Assembly (NCBI GenBank): GCA_050943595.1
Contig: JBMNPM010000003.1
Span: 16,499 to 80,498, forward strand
Length of the DNA stretch: 64,000 bases
Source: Thermoleophilia bacterium
GTDB taxonomy: Bacteria; Actinomycetota; Thermoleophilia; RBG-16-64-13
Direction of reading: 5' to 3'
Position 1 is the first letter of the stretch. Every line of letters starts with the position of its first letter. A program made the translations under genes and the position numbers. The notes below the pieces were generated by a model. The model searched no databases, had not been told where the DNA came from, and was given only the letters and a program-made list of their open reading frames with translations. Shown here piece after piece: positions 29,824-38,487 of this stretch.

Positions 29824-29830
29824 GACTACC

Positions 29831-30994
29831 GTGCGATTCTCCCAACGAATGGACAAACTACCGCCCTACCTCTTCGCCCGCATCGAGCAGAAGATCGCCG
29901 AGAAACGCAAGAGTGGGGTGGACGTCATAAGCCTGGGCATCGGTGATCCCGATCTACCCACGCCCGCGTACATCGTGCAGGAGATGCAACGCCAGGTGGC
30001 CGATCCAGAGAATCACCGCTATCCCAGTAACTGGGGTGTGGCGGCCTTCGCCGAGGCGGCCGCCCGCTTCTACAAGCGCCGTTTTGGGGTAGACATCGAT
30101 CCCACCAAGGAGTTCTTCCCCCTCTTGGGCGCCAAAGAGGGGTTGGCGCACATCTGCTGGGCCATGCTCGATCCTGGAGATCTGGCTCTGGTACCCGATC
30201 CCGGGTATCCGGTCTATGCCGGCGGCTCGCTCATTGCCGGGGCCGACGTACGTTATCTCCGCTTGTCTCCCGAGAAGGGATTTCTCCCCGACTTAGATGC
30301 CATAAGCGACGAAGACGCCCGCCGGGCCAAGGTGCTCTTTATCGGTTATCCCAACAACCCCACTGCTGCCGTGATCGAGGACGACTTCTTCGAGCGCGTG
30401 GTGGCCTTTGCCAAGAAGTACGACATTGCCGTCGTTCATGACAACGCCTACTCCGAGTTGACCTACGACGGTTACGTGGCGCCCAGCTTCTTGAGCGTTC
30501 CTGGGGCCAAAGATGTGGGTGTCGAATTCTTCAGCTTCTCGAAGCCTTTCAACATGACCGGTTGGCGTATCGGCTTCGGCGTGGGGAACCGGGAGATCCT
30601 AACTCACCTCTGGCAGCTCAAGACCAACATGGATTCAGGTGCGTTCGATGCGTTACAACGCACCGCGGCCTTCATTCTCGATAGTCCTTGGGATTCTGTC
30701 ACAGAGATGTGCGAGATCTATCGGCGCCGGCGGGACCTATTGGCCGAGGCTCTGGTTTCGGTGGGGATGCAGGTGCCCAAACCCAAGGGCACTATCTACA
30801 TGTGGATACCCGTACCCGAGGGATACACCTCAGCCAGTTTCGCCGAGCACGTGCTCGACCAGGCCGGAGTGGTGGTGACTCCCGGTTCGGGATATGGACC
30901 GGCCGGAGAAGGCTTCTTCCGCCTGTCGCTCACTACGCCCGATGCACGCATCGCCGAGGCTGTGGACCGCATCGAGCACTCTTTGCGTCTATGA
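29831..30994 (+). CDS. dapL: LL-diaminopimelate aminotransferase-like PLP enzyme
   Basis: LPPYLF, LGIGDPD, YPNNPT, HDNAY, SFSKPFNMTGWRIG; adjacent to dapF. Confidence 0.85.
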   Translation: MRFSQRMDKLPPYLFARIEQKIAEKRKSGVDVISLGIGDPDLPTPAYIVQEMQRQVADPENHRYPSNWGVAAFAEAAARFYKRRFGVDIDPTKEFFPLLGAKEGLAHICWAMLDPGDLALVPDPGYPVYAGGSLIAGADVRYLRLSPEKGFLPDLDAISDEDARRAKVLFIGYPNNPTAAVIEDDFFERVVAFAKKYDIAVVHDNAYSELTYDGYVAPSFLSVPGAKDVGVEFFSFSKPFNMTGWRIGFGVGNREILTHLWQLKTNMDSGAFDALQRTAAFILDSPWDSVTEMCEIYRRRRDLLAEALVSVGMQVPKPKGTIYMWIPVPEGYTSASFAEHVLDQAGVVVTPGSGYGPAGEGFFRLSLTTPDARIAEAVDRIEHSLRL

Positions 30995-31040
30995 GGCGGC
31001 CGAAGGTGTCGGCAGAATCGCGTTGCCATCAGTGTCGCTC

Positions 31041-31469
31041 GTGGAACTGAGGGTCAAGCTCCTGCATGAGGCGGCCCGGCTGCCGAGGCGGGCTCATCCG
31101 GGAGATGCCGGCGCGGATCTCTTCTCGGTGGATGAGCTCACCATCCCCGCCGGAGAGCGGCGGGACGTGGGCACCGGTCTGGCACTTGCCATCCCGGCCG
31201 GCTACGCTGGGTTTGTGCAGCCGCGATCCGGCCTAGCCTTCCGGCACGGCATCATGGTGGTCAACTCACCCGGTCTGATAGATGCCGGCTACCGCGGCGA
31301 GGTGCGCGTGTCGCTGTATAACTCCGGTACAGAGCCCTTCGTGGTGCAGGTGGGCGATCGCATCGCCCAGTTTGTGGTGCAGCGGGTAGAGGAACCGAAA
31401 TACGTGATCTCCGCAGAATTGCCGGACACCAGCCGGGGCGAAGGAGGGTTCGGTAGTAGCGGGCGGTGA
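31041..31469 (+). CDS. dut: dUTP diphosphatase
   Basis: AGADL, PRSGLA, GLIDAGYRGE, RIAQ, RGEGGFGSSG. Start uncertain (31023, 31032 or 31041). Confidence 0.96.
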   Translation: MELRVKLLHEAARLPRRAHPGDAGADLFSVDELTIPAGERRDVGTGLALAIPAGYAGFVQPRSGLAFRHGIMVVNSPGLIDAGYRGEVRVSLYNSGTEPFVVQVGDRIAQFVVQRVEEPKYVISAELPDTSRGEGGFGSSGR

Positions 31470-32004
31470 GCGGTAGAGGATAAAAGGTGATCAGTGGGTC
31501 CGTCGGGTGCAAACACTCACACCGCGGCGTCGGATGTTGACGCATAGATATCCGTTCGGCTACCAAGCAGGTCATCAGCTTTCTCTGACTCTATCCCTCT
31601 GACTCAACCCGCATCTCTCTGTAAAACGCCGGCGTAAACCACTTCTTCGACCGGATGGCAGCCTAAGAAGACCTCCCCCCGAAGGCGCGGTCATGCCGCG
31701 GCCTGCTCTCACACGAATAGCCAGACACACCCCAGACACCTTTCACGAGTTGACAGACGCGACTCCAATAGACTCGGACGGATGTCGTGCACGCAGGCTG
31801 GCGAGCGCCAAACGATCACACGAGAAACCACGGCCAGAATCTGTCCAAAGTTGTACAGAACCCGCTGAAGCCCTCCGTCAAAGTATGGACACTAAGACCG
31901 GCGCAAGCCCTAGTGGGTGCCGGATCGCGATCGCCGGGCATCAATCGCGATAAATCGGCGGTCTGCAGCTGGAGAAAAGGTCTGCGAACAAGAGGAGGAG
32001 CACG

Positions 32005-32496
32005 ATGCTGAGTCGTAATCACACGCGGATGAGGGAAGAGAAGGGATTCACCCTTATCGAACTGCTGGTGGTGATCATCATTATCGCTATCCTCGCGGCC
32101 ATCGCTATCCCGACCTTCCTTGGACAACGGTCGAGGGCCCAGGATTCAGCCGCGAAGTCATTGATTCGTAATGCCATGATCGCCGTCGAATCCGGCTATG
32201 TGGATACGCGCGACTTCAGTGCACTGGATGGGGACGATTTAAGCGCGATCGAGCCTTCAATTACTTTTACCGTGGCTTCAGGTACCGGTAATCTGACTGC
32301 TGCAACGGCTCCAACTGCCGATGCGGGCGCCAACACTGTAAATGTCAGCTACCAGAGCGCAGACATCTACGCGGTTGGAGCCACCTCCAAGTCTGGAGAT
32401 ACGTTTGGTGTCGTCGTCAACAAGACGGCTACTACGACGGCCGGTGCCGCCCCCGGCAACTCCTGGTATGTGAAGGGCGCACCGCAGACCTGGTAG
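32005..32496 (+). CDS. Type IV major pilin
   Basis: Class III signal EEKG|FTLIELLVVIIIIAILAAIAIP; strong SD AGGAGG; own downstream hairpin. Confidence 0.93.
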   Translation: MLSRNHTRMREEKGFTLIELLVVIIIIAILAAIAIPTFLGQRSRAQDSAAKSLIRNAMIAVESGYVDTRDFSALDGDDLSAIEPSITFTVASGTGNLTAATAPTADAGANTVNVSYQSADIYAVGATSKSGDTFGVVVNKTATTTAGAAPGNSWYVKGAPQTW

Positions 32497-32543
32497 ACAA
32501 CACCACGAGATGCCATAAGGCCTCGACTATTTTCGAGAATTAT

Positions 32544-32582
32544 TCAAGACGATGACCCCTCTCGGCGGGGGTCTCGTCTTGA
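32544..32582 (+). terminator. Strong hairpin after the major pilin gene (terminator or mRNA stabiliser)
   Basis: TCAAGACGA-T-GACCCC...GGGGTC-TCGTCTTGA inverted repeat; no clear U-tract. Confidence 0.6.
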
Positions 32583-32838
32583 CACACTAAGCCGGCCACG
32601 CGTTCTGGAGAGCGCCGGGGGATGTACGTGGCCGTCAGAGGACCTGGGCGCTTGTACTGGATAGGAGCGCAGAGGACCTTGTCGCATTACGAGGACCCGC
32701 CGTCGACGGAGATCTCCCCGGCATCCAGTGTGCTCCAGGTGCTGAAGACATGCTGGTGAGGCACTCCATCCACGTCCGAGGCCGGAATAGGTCCAAAGTA
32801 GGTGGCCCACTGAGAGTGCATTCTTCATACTCCCGGCC

Positions 32839-33321
32839 ATGAACCTGCATCTCCCCATTCGATCAATGCACGGCCACACGCTTATCGAGCTTCTAGTGGT
32901 TCTTACGCTTCTGGCGGTCGTGATCACCGCTGGGTTGGTGTCCTTGGCCTCCGGGACGGCAACCCAACAGGCGCGAGGCGCGGCTCAGACCTGGCAGGCG
33001 GCTGCGGCCTGGGCGCAGGTAGGAGTGCTCTGGCACGCTGGCTCGGTGGCCCTCGACTTTGAAGACGGAGCACTCGAACTCACCCACAATCACTCGCTCT
33101 GTGGAGGTGACCTGGGTTCCTCAGCTCCACCCGCCGCTACGGATGCCAACGTGGCCCGATGGGTGGCCGGAGACGGACTCAGGGTAGGATTTGGTGGTGC
33201 ATTGGCTTCACCCGACAGCGGCGGGTCGGTCTTCTTCCAGGCTCTTCGTACTCGTTACCGTGTGGTCGTGCGCCCGGAGAGCGGATTCACGGTGCGAAGC
33301 TTTACGGCGGTCGCGCCATGA
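32839..33321 (+). CDS. Minor pilin (FimU/GspH-like)
   Basis: G|HTLIELLVVL prepilin motif with E5; C-terminal GFGGALASP..G...YRVVV..ESG. Confidence 0.75.
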   Translation: MNLHLPIRSMHGHTLIELLVVLTLLAVVITAGLVSLASGTATQQARGAAQTWQAAAAWAQVGVLWHAGSVALDFEDGALELTHNHSLCGGDLGSSAPPAATDANVARWVAGDGLRVGFGGALASPDSGGSVFFQALRTRYRVVVRPESGFTVRSFTAVAP

Positions 33322-34097
33322 TCCACACCACCATCAGCCGTCTCCTGCGACGAGGACGCCTGTTAAGACGATACCTGCGCTCTAGATACCCGCGCCCTGC
33401 CGAAGCCTCCCAGGGATGGATCCTGTTGGAGGTCATGGTGGCCGTGATGATCGCGGGGATCTTGCTGGGCCCGTTGGCCACAGCTGTTATGTCTGCGGTG
33501 GGACAGGCGGCTCATGTGCGGCGACAGGCCGATGGTCTCGTTGCACACTCGCTAGACACGGAGAGCATGGATGCCTGGATCTGGGGAGGACAAGTGATCG
33601 CTGGGGAATGGAGTGCAGGCCCTGCCCTGGAGGTGCGCGTGCGTTTTCCATCAGGAGCCGGAGATCCGTCGATGGTGGGAGTGTGGGTGGACGGGTGGTT
33701 CCGTGGCGAGTGGCCGGTGGATCCTTCGGGCGTGCTCACTATCGAAGCGACAACGTGGTCCGCAGGTGAAGGAAGCGAAGTGGTGCTCAGGGTGCGAGCC
33801 CCTGGCGCCTCCTGGGGGCCGCCATGGAGGTCGCTGGTGCCGGGCTTTGACGGTAGACCGGTTGCTGCGTCTTCGACAGGAACCCCTGAGTCCGGCTCTG
33901 CCAAGACCGTGATACATCCGCCCGCTGTCGGCAACCCGGCGCTTGAGATCTCCTGGGAGGGTGCCCGATCTATTCCCGCACTCCTCCTGCCCCTCGTCTT
34001 CGAAGGTCCTGGGGCTGGTCCGGTGAGCGCCAGCATCGAAGGGTCGGCTCAAACATGGCTGATGGAGAATCGCCGTGCTCTCGATGTGTATTTCTAG
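33318..34097 (+). CDS. Minor pilin (PilV/GspI-like position)
   Basis: Basic leader then QG|WILLEVMVAVMI; ATGA overlap with previous gene. Confidence 0.7.
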   Translation: MIHTTISRLLRRGRLLRRYLRSRYPRPAEASQGWILLEVMVAVMIAGILLGPLATAVMSAVGQAAHVRRQADGLVAHSLDTESMDAWIWGGQVIAGEWSAGPALEVRVRFPSGAGDPSMVGVWVDGWFRGEWPVDPSGVLTIEATTWSAGEGSEVVLRVRAPGASWGPPWRSLVPGFDGRPVAASSTGTPESGSAKTVIHPPAVGNPALEISWEGARSIPALLLPLVFEGPGAGPVSASIEGSAQTWLMENRRALDVYF

Positions 34098-34857
34098 CAG
34101 GCTGCTGAAATATGACGCTTCGCCGCCAGAACGCGATCAGCACGCGCGAGAGAAGGATAGAGGAAGCGCGAATAGCAGCGCTATTCGCGCGATCGATGAC
34201 GTACTATCGTGCTACTCAGCGCGTTCCGGTGGCCGGGGCTTCGTTTTTCAGCAGCCATCTATGCTGTCGCCGTCGGGCGGCAGCTCCGGCTTCAGTCTTA
34301 TAGAGGTGCTGTTGGCCCTTGCGTTGACGCTCTGTCTGGCTGTAGCCATCGCGCCTCTGATGACCTCTTTACAGAGTGTCGGTGTGGAGCAGACGGATCG
34401 GTCAATACAAGCACTGCAGGCCAGAGTGGCATTCGCCCGCTTTGAGAGGGACCTGCGCCTTGCGGGTGGGGGAGACTGTCCGTTCCCCACAAGCGGTGCT
34501 CTTCTTGAAGCTATGCCCTCCCAGGTGGTGTTCGTCGTGCCTACACCGGTCGAATCTGCACCTATCCTGGTGGAATGGGAGATCGCGGGTTCCCGTCTCA
34601 TGCGACGCTCGGGGCCGTGTCCACGAACGCACCCTGGGCTGTTTGTGCCGGGACTGTTCTCCGACAACAAGACCATGCTGGAAGGTGTGGGCGCCGGTAG
34701 TGGGTTCTCTTATCGCATCGGCTCTCGCGTCCTCGAGCCCCCCTTGACAGCCCAGGAACGAGCCGTAGTCGACACTATCGCCCTCGATCTCCGGGTGGCA
34801 CCGTCCAGCCTGGGAAAGCTCCAGCCCCTGGCGACTGTGGGCCGGGTCGGGCGTTGA
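34084..34857 (+). CDS. Minor pilin (PilW/GspJ-like)
   Basis: SG|FSLIEVLLALAL ... RFERDLRLAG. Start uncertain (34075, 34084 or 34261). Confidence 0.75.
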   Translation: MCISSRLLKYDASPPERDQHAREKDRGSANSSAIRAIDDVLSCYSARSGGRGFVFQQPSMLSPSGGSSGFSLIEVLLALALTLCLAVAIAPLMTSLQSVGVEQTDRSIQALQARVAFARFERDLRLAGGGDCPFPTSGALLEAMPSQVVFVVPTPVESAPILVEWEIAGSRLMRRSGPCPRTHPGLFVPGLFSDNKTMLEGVGAGSGFSYRIGSRVLEPPLTAQERAVVDTIALDLRVAPSSLGKLQPLATVGRVGR

Positions 34858-35918
34858 ACGCCCGTCACGGAGCACGGTGGAGATCTTCTCCACAACACCG
34901 GTACTGCCCGGACGAATCCTGCGGTGCATGTGATCGTGGCTCGGCCGTGCTTCTGATGTTGATCTTCTGCCTGGTGGTAGCCGTAGTCGTGCAGGGACTG
35001 AGTGCCGTCACCCTGATTTCCCAACGGGCCGTCCACGACGAGACCGCTGGACGCGCGAGGCTGGGTGAGAAGGAATCAGCGTTGGCCGGTGTGAGGCAGA
35101 CTCTCCTGGAGCAGTGGCGACCGTTGGCTCCCACCTGGTCTGACACGACGGACCATGCTGAGGCAGTAGCTACAGAGAGCCTGGCCGAGGAGATACCCGG
35201 AAGTCAAGGATGGCTCATGAGAGCGACTGTTCGTCAGGATCCCTCTCTGTCTCGCATGATGGTCTCGGCAACACTGGAGCGGGGGCAAGACGGCCTCGAC
35301 CTACCACTCGCCGCCGTGGTCGCCCATGCGGTGACCGCATCACCCGAGCGGGAGTGGCCCGCGGTAGATATTGAGTCAAACAGAGACGCAGCAAACGGTG
35401 GGTCCGAGCAGACGACGGCAGAGGCACCTTGCTACCTCCGTGACCACCCAGTCGAAGGGTTGCTCGGCTCTGCCTGCGTTCTCACATCTCTGCGCGCCGA
35501 CTGGCACCTCGACCGTGGCTGGAGTGAAGTCGTCCCGCACACCCAAAACTCTAAACCTACGACGGTCGCCGCCGGAGATCACACCATCCTACTCGAAGGC
35601 CGTTCTGGGACTGTGGTGGAGCTGCCCTCGATCCGTGACGCTGGAGGGCCCGACACGCCCCTATTGATGGTCATCGTGGGCGGAGCCGACCTCGACGTTC
35701 AGGGGAGGGGAGACCTACATGGGGTGATCGTGGCGGACAGAGGTTCAGTCCTGCTTGACGGCACGGTGCTGCACGGCGCCGTCTTCGCAACCGAGGAGGT
35801 CGACTTAGGGGAGACGGGACGAGTACTTTTCAACCGTCATGCGCTACGCTGGGCGACTGATGGATCCTTGGACCGTGTCAGACTTGTTCCAGGAACGCGC
35901 CGCGAAAAAATCGAATAG
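34854..35918 (+). CDS. PilX/GspK-like minor pilin
   Basis: RG|SAVLLMLIF lacking E5; C-terminal beta-helix-like repeats (LHGVIVAD.GSV.L.G..LHGAVFA). Confidence 0.7.
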   Translation: MNARHGARWRSSPQHRYCPDESCGACDRGSAVLLMLIFCLVVAVVVQGLSAVTLISQRAVHDETAGRARLGEKESALAGVRQTLLEQWRPLAPTWSDTTDHAEAVATESLAEEIPGSQGWLMRATVRQDPSLSRMMVSATLERGQDGLDLPLAAVVAHAVTASPEREWPAVDIESNRDAANGGSEQTTAEAPCYLRDHPVEGLLGSACVLTSLRADWHLDRGWSEVVPHTQNSKPTTVAAGDHTILLEGRSGTVVELPSIRDAGGPDTPLLMVIVGGADLDVQGRGDLHGVIVADRGSVLLDGTVLHGAVFATEEVDLGETGRVLFNRHALRWATDGSLDRVRLVPGTRREKIE

Positions 35919-35941
35919 CACCGTAACGGTATACTGAGGTC

Positions 35942-36409
35942 ATGGCAAGAGACAGACGAAAACTCGATAAGGCCAACGATTCGTGGCGCAGCCTACGTCA
36001 GCGACTCCATCTGGAGTGTCGCGAATGCGAGGTCATATGCGAGCGCGTGGTTTCTCCGTGGCACTGCCTCAGGAGTTCGTGCCATTTCGTATACGTCTAT
36101 GAAGAGATGGGCACTACGTATTTTGGCTGCCTTCATAAGATCTTTAGCCCCGAATTGGATATGGCCGCGTTTCTAACGGCTTGTACCAAACGAGGGAGGG
36201 CAGCTGATCCGTATGGGTACCTGCGTGTGGCCTGTATGCCGCGGCCTGAGTGCGCCATCAAGATCGAGCGTGCATATGAGTGCCTGGCTGCGCCGGGTTG
36301 TTGCTGCAACCCAACCTTTTTTCTACCCATCGATGGGTCATCCGCCGAGGCTATCCGTCTCACGGCCAACACCCTGCCGCCGGAAACCGACCGCGGTTCC
36401 CAGAGATAA
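35942..36409 (+). CDS. Cys-rich hypothetical protein (putative metal or Fe-S binding)
   Basis: 13 Cys in 155 aa including CxxCxxxC. TATACT -10 box 6 nt upstream of the ATG (probably leaderless). Ends 12 bp before rnz. Confidence 0.75.
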   Translation: MARDRRKLDKANDSWRSLRQRLHLECRECEVICERVVSPWHCLRSSCHFVYVYEEMGTTYFGCLHKIFSPELDMAAFLTACTKRGRAADPYGYLRVACMPRPECAIKIERAYECLAAPGCCCNPTFFLPIDGSSAEAIRLTANTLPPETDRGSQR

Positions 36410-36421
36410 CCGGAGAACCGC

Positions 36422-37354
36422 TTGGATCTACGCCTGCTCTTTCTCGGAACCGCCGGTGCGACCCCAACTGTCGACAGGGGATGCAGTGCCACCCTTCTTA
36501 TCCGGGGAGGAGAGAGGATACTCATCGACTGTGGAGAGGGCACCCAACGCCAGTTGATGAAGTCGGCCGGGCTGGCTCGTATCAACATGATCCTCCTCAC
36601 CCATCTTCACGGTGATCATTATCTAGGGCTTCCCGGACTGCTCAAGACTTGGAGTCTGATGGGTAGGACCGAGCCGTTGCTGCTCTACGGTCCCGACGGT
36701 CTCTATGAGCTTATGCGTGACGCCGAACGGCTCATCGGCCGACCCCACTTCCCCCTACTGGTCGAAGAAGCGGCTCCCGGAATAGTGCTCGAAGGGGAGG
36801 ACTACTGGTTGAAGGCGGCTTCGGTGGACCACGGAATCCCCGGATTGGCGTGGTGTCTGGAGGAGCAGAGTCGCCCCGGCCTCTTCCGTCCTGAATGGGC
36901 CACCGCTCTGGGGGTAGCGCCTGGCCCCGCTTTCGGCCGGCTGCAGAGGGGGGAGACCGTAGTGACAGTGGATGGCCGTGAAGTGCATCCCGGCGAGGTC
37001 ATGGAATCGTCACGGCAGGGACGGAAGGTGGTGGTGAGTGGGGATACGCGGCCGGCCGATACCGTCATCACACTGGCCACCGGCGCATCGGTCTTGGTTC
37101 ATGAAGCCACCTTCGGCTGGGACGAGAACGATCGCGCCATCGAGACGCGTCATTCGACGGCCCGCGAAGCCGCTGAGGTAGCCCGCGCGGCCGGTGTGGG
37201 CCTGCTCGTGCTCACACACATCAGCTCTCGACACAATTGGCGGGAGTTACGTGCCGAAGCCAGGGCCGTGTTCCCCAACACCGTATTGCCGCGCGATTTC
37301 GATGTGCTTATGGTCCCCTATCCTGAAAAAGGGGTCGCTCACATCGAGAGATGA
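36422..37354 (+). CDS. rnz: Ribonuclease Z
   Basis: FLGT, DCGEGTQRQ, THLHGDH, exosite PGP.FG.L, SGDTRP, HEATF, HST, LTHISSR. Confidence 0.96.
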   Translation: MDLRLLFLGTAGATPTVDRGCSATLLIRGGERILIDCGEGTQRQLMKSAGLARINMILLTHLHGDHYLGLPGLLKTWSLMGRTEPLLLYGPDGLYELMRDAERLIGRPHFPLLVEEAAPGIVLEGEDYWLKAASVDHGIPGLAWCLEEQSRPGLFRPEWATALGVAPGPAFGRLQRGETVVTVDGREVHPGEVMESSRQGRKVVVSGDTRPADTVITLATGASVLVHEATFGWDENDRAIETRHSTAREAAEVARAAGVGLLVLTHISSRHNWRELRAEARAVFPNTVLPRDFDVLMVPYPEKGVAHIER

Positions 37355-37380
37355 GAGAAACTGCAGATGAGAAAAACTGT
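37349..37380 (+). repeat. 16-bp tandem duplication spanning the rnz stop codon
   Basis: AGATGAGAGAAACTGC / AGATGAGAAAAACTGT. Confidence 0.7.
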
Positions 37381-37485
37381 GGCAGACGTTCGGGGCGCAG
37401 TCTGGCGGGCAGGCCGCGAATCGGTATAATGGCCACTCGGCGTCGCCTCTCCTGAGTCTTGGGGGGCGGATCAGACGTTTTTCGT

Positions 37486-37558
37486 GCCCACGTAGCTCAG
37501 GGGATAGAGCACTGGCCTCCGGAGCCAGGTGTCGCAGGTTCGAATCCTGCCGTGGGCA
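37486..37558 (+). tRNA. tRNA-Arg (anticodon CCG), 3' CCA not encoded
   Basis: Acceptor stem GCCCACG/CGTGGGC-A, D-arm TAGCTCAG.GGATAGAGC, anticodon arm CTGGC-CTCCGGA-GCCAG, T-loop GGTTCGAATCC. TATAAT at 37425-30. Confidence 0.97.
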
Positions 37559-38336
37559 CTTCCTCCTTGTGGGGCTGCAGGCCCAGTACCTCCTCCACCT
37601 GGTCATAGGAGACGGTGCGTAGGAGTGACCACTCCCAGCGGAACACCGCCCGCGCCGCCTGGAGGTAGCGGGCTTTGATGTCCCCCATAGTGTGCTCTTG
37701 CGCAGTGAGCTTCTTGACGCTGGTCTGTCTCAAAGCGGGATCGCCACACGATACAATGAGATCAAACTGCGATAGATCGATATCGACATTGAGCGATGTG
37801 CCGTGACTGGCCACCCAGCGCTGACAACGCAGACCGACAGAGGCGATCTTGTCTTCACCGACGTAGACGCCGGGACACCCCTTCGCCCTCGTAGCTGCTA
37901 TTCCCAAGCCTTCGAGAAGTACTATCAGCACTTCTTCCAGGTCCCGCACATAGGCAGACAGATTGCGACGAGGGATGGGAACGATGGGGTAGCTGACCAG
38001 TTGGCCCGGGGCATGGAGCGTCGCTCGACCGCCGCGCTCGCTGTTCACCACCGAGAGATGGGGCCACTGGTCAAAGCGTCCCAGGCCATGGATCTCCGGC
38101 AGACTAAGGTCCGACATTTGGAGGTCCTGCCGCCCCGCCCGGGTGCCCAGGGTAATGACAGGTTCGTGCTCCAGCAGGAGCAACACGCCATCCAGATCTC
38201 CTTCCGCCACTCGATCGCGCAGTCGGCCCTGTAGGTTCTGCACGGCCTCGTAGGGGGTGACACCTAGGTCGAGCACAGGAAGGCGCAGTGGCGGTCGATC
38301 ACCTTTCGTCGATGTTGACACCTTGTGGTCGGTCAC
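37497..38336 (-). CDS. lipB: Octanoyltransferase LipB
   Basis: LLLEHEPVITLG, RGGRATLH.PGQLV.YP, KIASVG, HGTSLN, SCG. GTG 38336 preceded by an AAGGGGG SD. Confidence 0.93.
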   Translation of the reverse strand: MTDHKVSTSTKGDRPPLRLPVLDLGVTPYEAVQNLQGRLRDRVAEGDLDGVLLLLEHEPVITLGTRAGRQDLQMSDLSLPEIHGLGRFDQWPHLSVVNSERGGRATLHAPGQLVSYPIVPIPRRNLSAYVRDLEEVLIVLLEGLGIAATRAKGCPGVYVGEDKIASVGLRCQRWVASHGTSLNVDIDLSQFDLIVSCGDPALRQTSVKKLTAQEHTMGDIKARYLQAARAVFRWEWSLLRTVSYDQVEEVLGLQPHKEEVPTAGFEPATPGSGGQCSIP

Positions 38337-38487
38337 TATGCGGCGCCCCCTTTCAACCGAGTTTGAACCCACCCATCCCGGTTGCGTCGTCTACAACTCT
38401 CTCCCGCGGGTCTTGAGGTCGTGCGCCTTCCTGTGAGAGACTCAAGACCACACGTTACGATACAGCATCGAATATCCGGGAGGATTG

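Noticed and set aside
31505-31670. c-di-GMP-I riboswitch upstream of the pilin (GCAAAC...GACGCATAG, ATGGCAGCC fragments)
   Set aside because: Only scattered consensus words; no GNRA-capped P2 or correctly spaced P3 could be built. An Infernal search with the c-di-GMP-I model would be decisive.
32005-32496. Electrically conductive (Geobacter-type) e-pilin
   Set aside because: F1 and F24 are present but position 27 is Gln, aromatic density is low with long gaps, and it is a long pilin.
32622-32759. 45-aa ORF between the pilin genes (MYVAVRGPGRLYW...)
   Set aside because: No recognisable motif, weak SD spacing, and it overlaps hairpin-forming sequence.
34220-34300. Second prepilin cleavage site (GGRG|FVF) upstream of SG|FSLIE
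   Set aside because: Not followed by a hydrophobic helix or E5; probably chance or an old local duplication.
37486-37570. tRNA as an integration site for a mobile element
   Set aside because: No integrase and no duplicated tRNA 3' end seen in the window.
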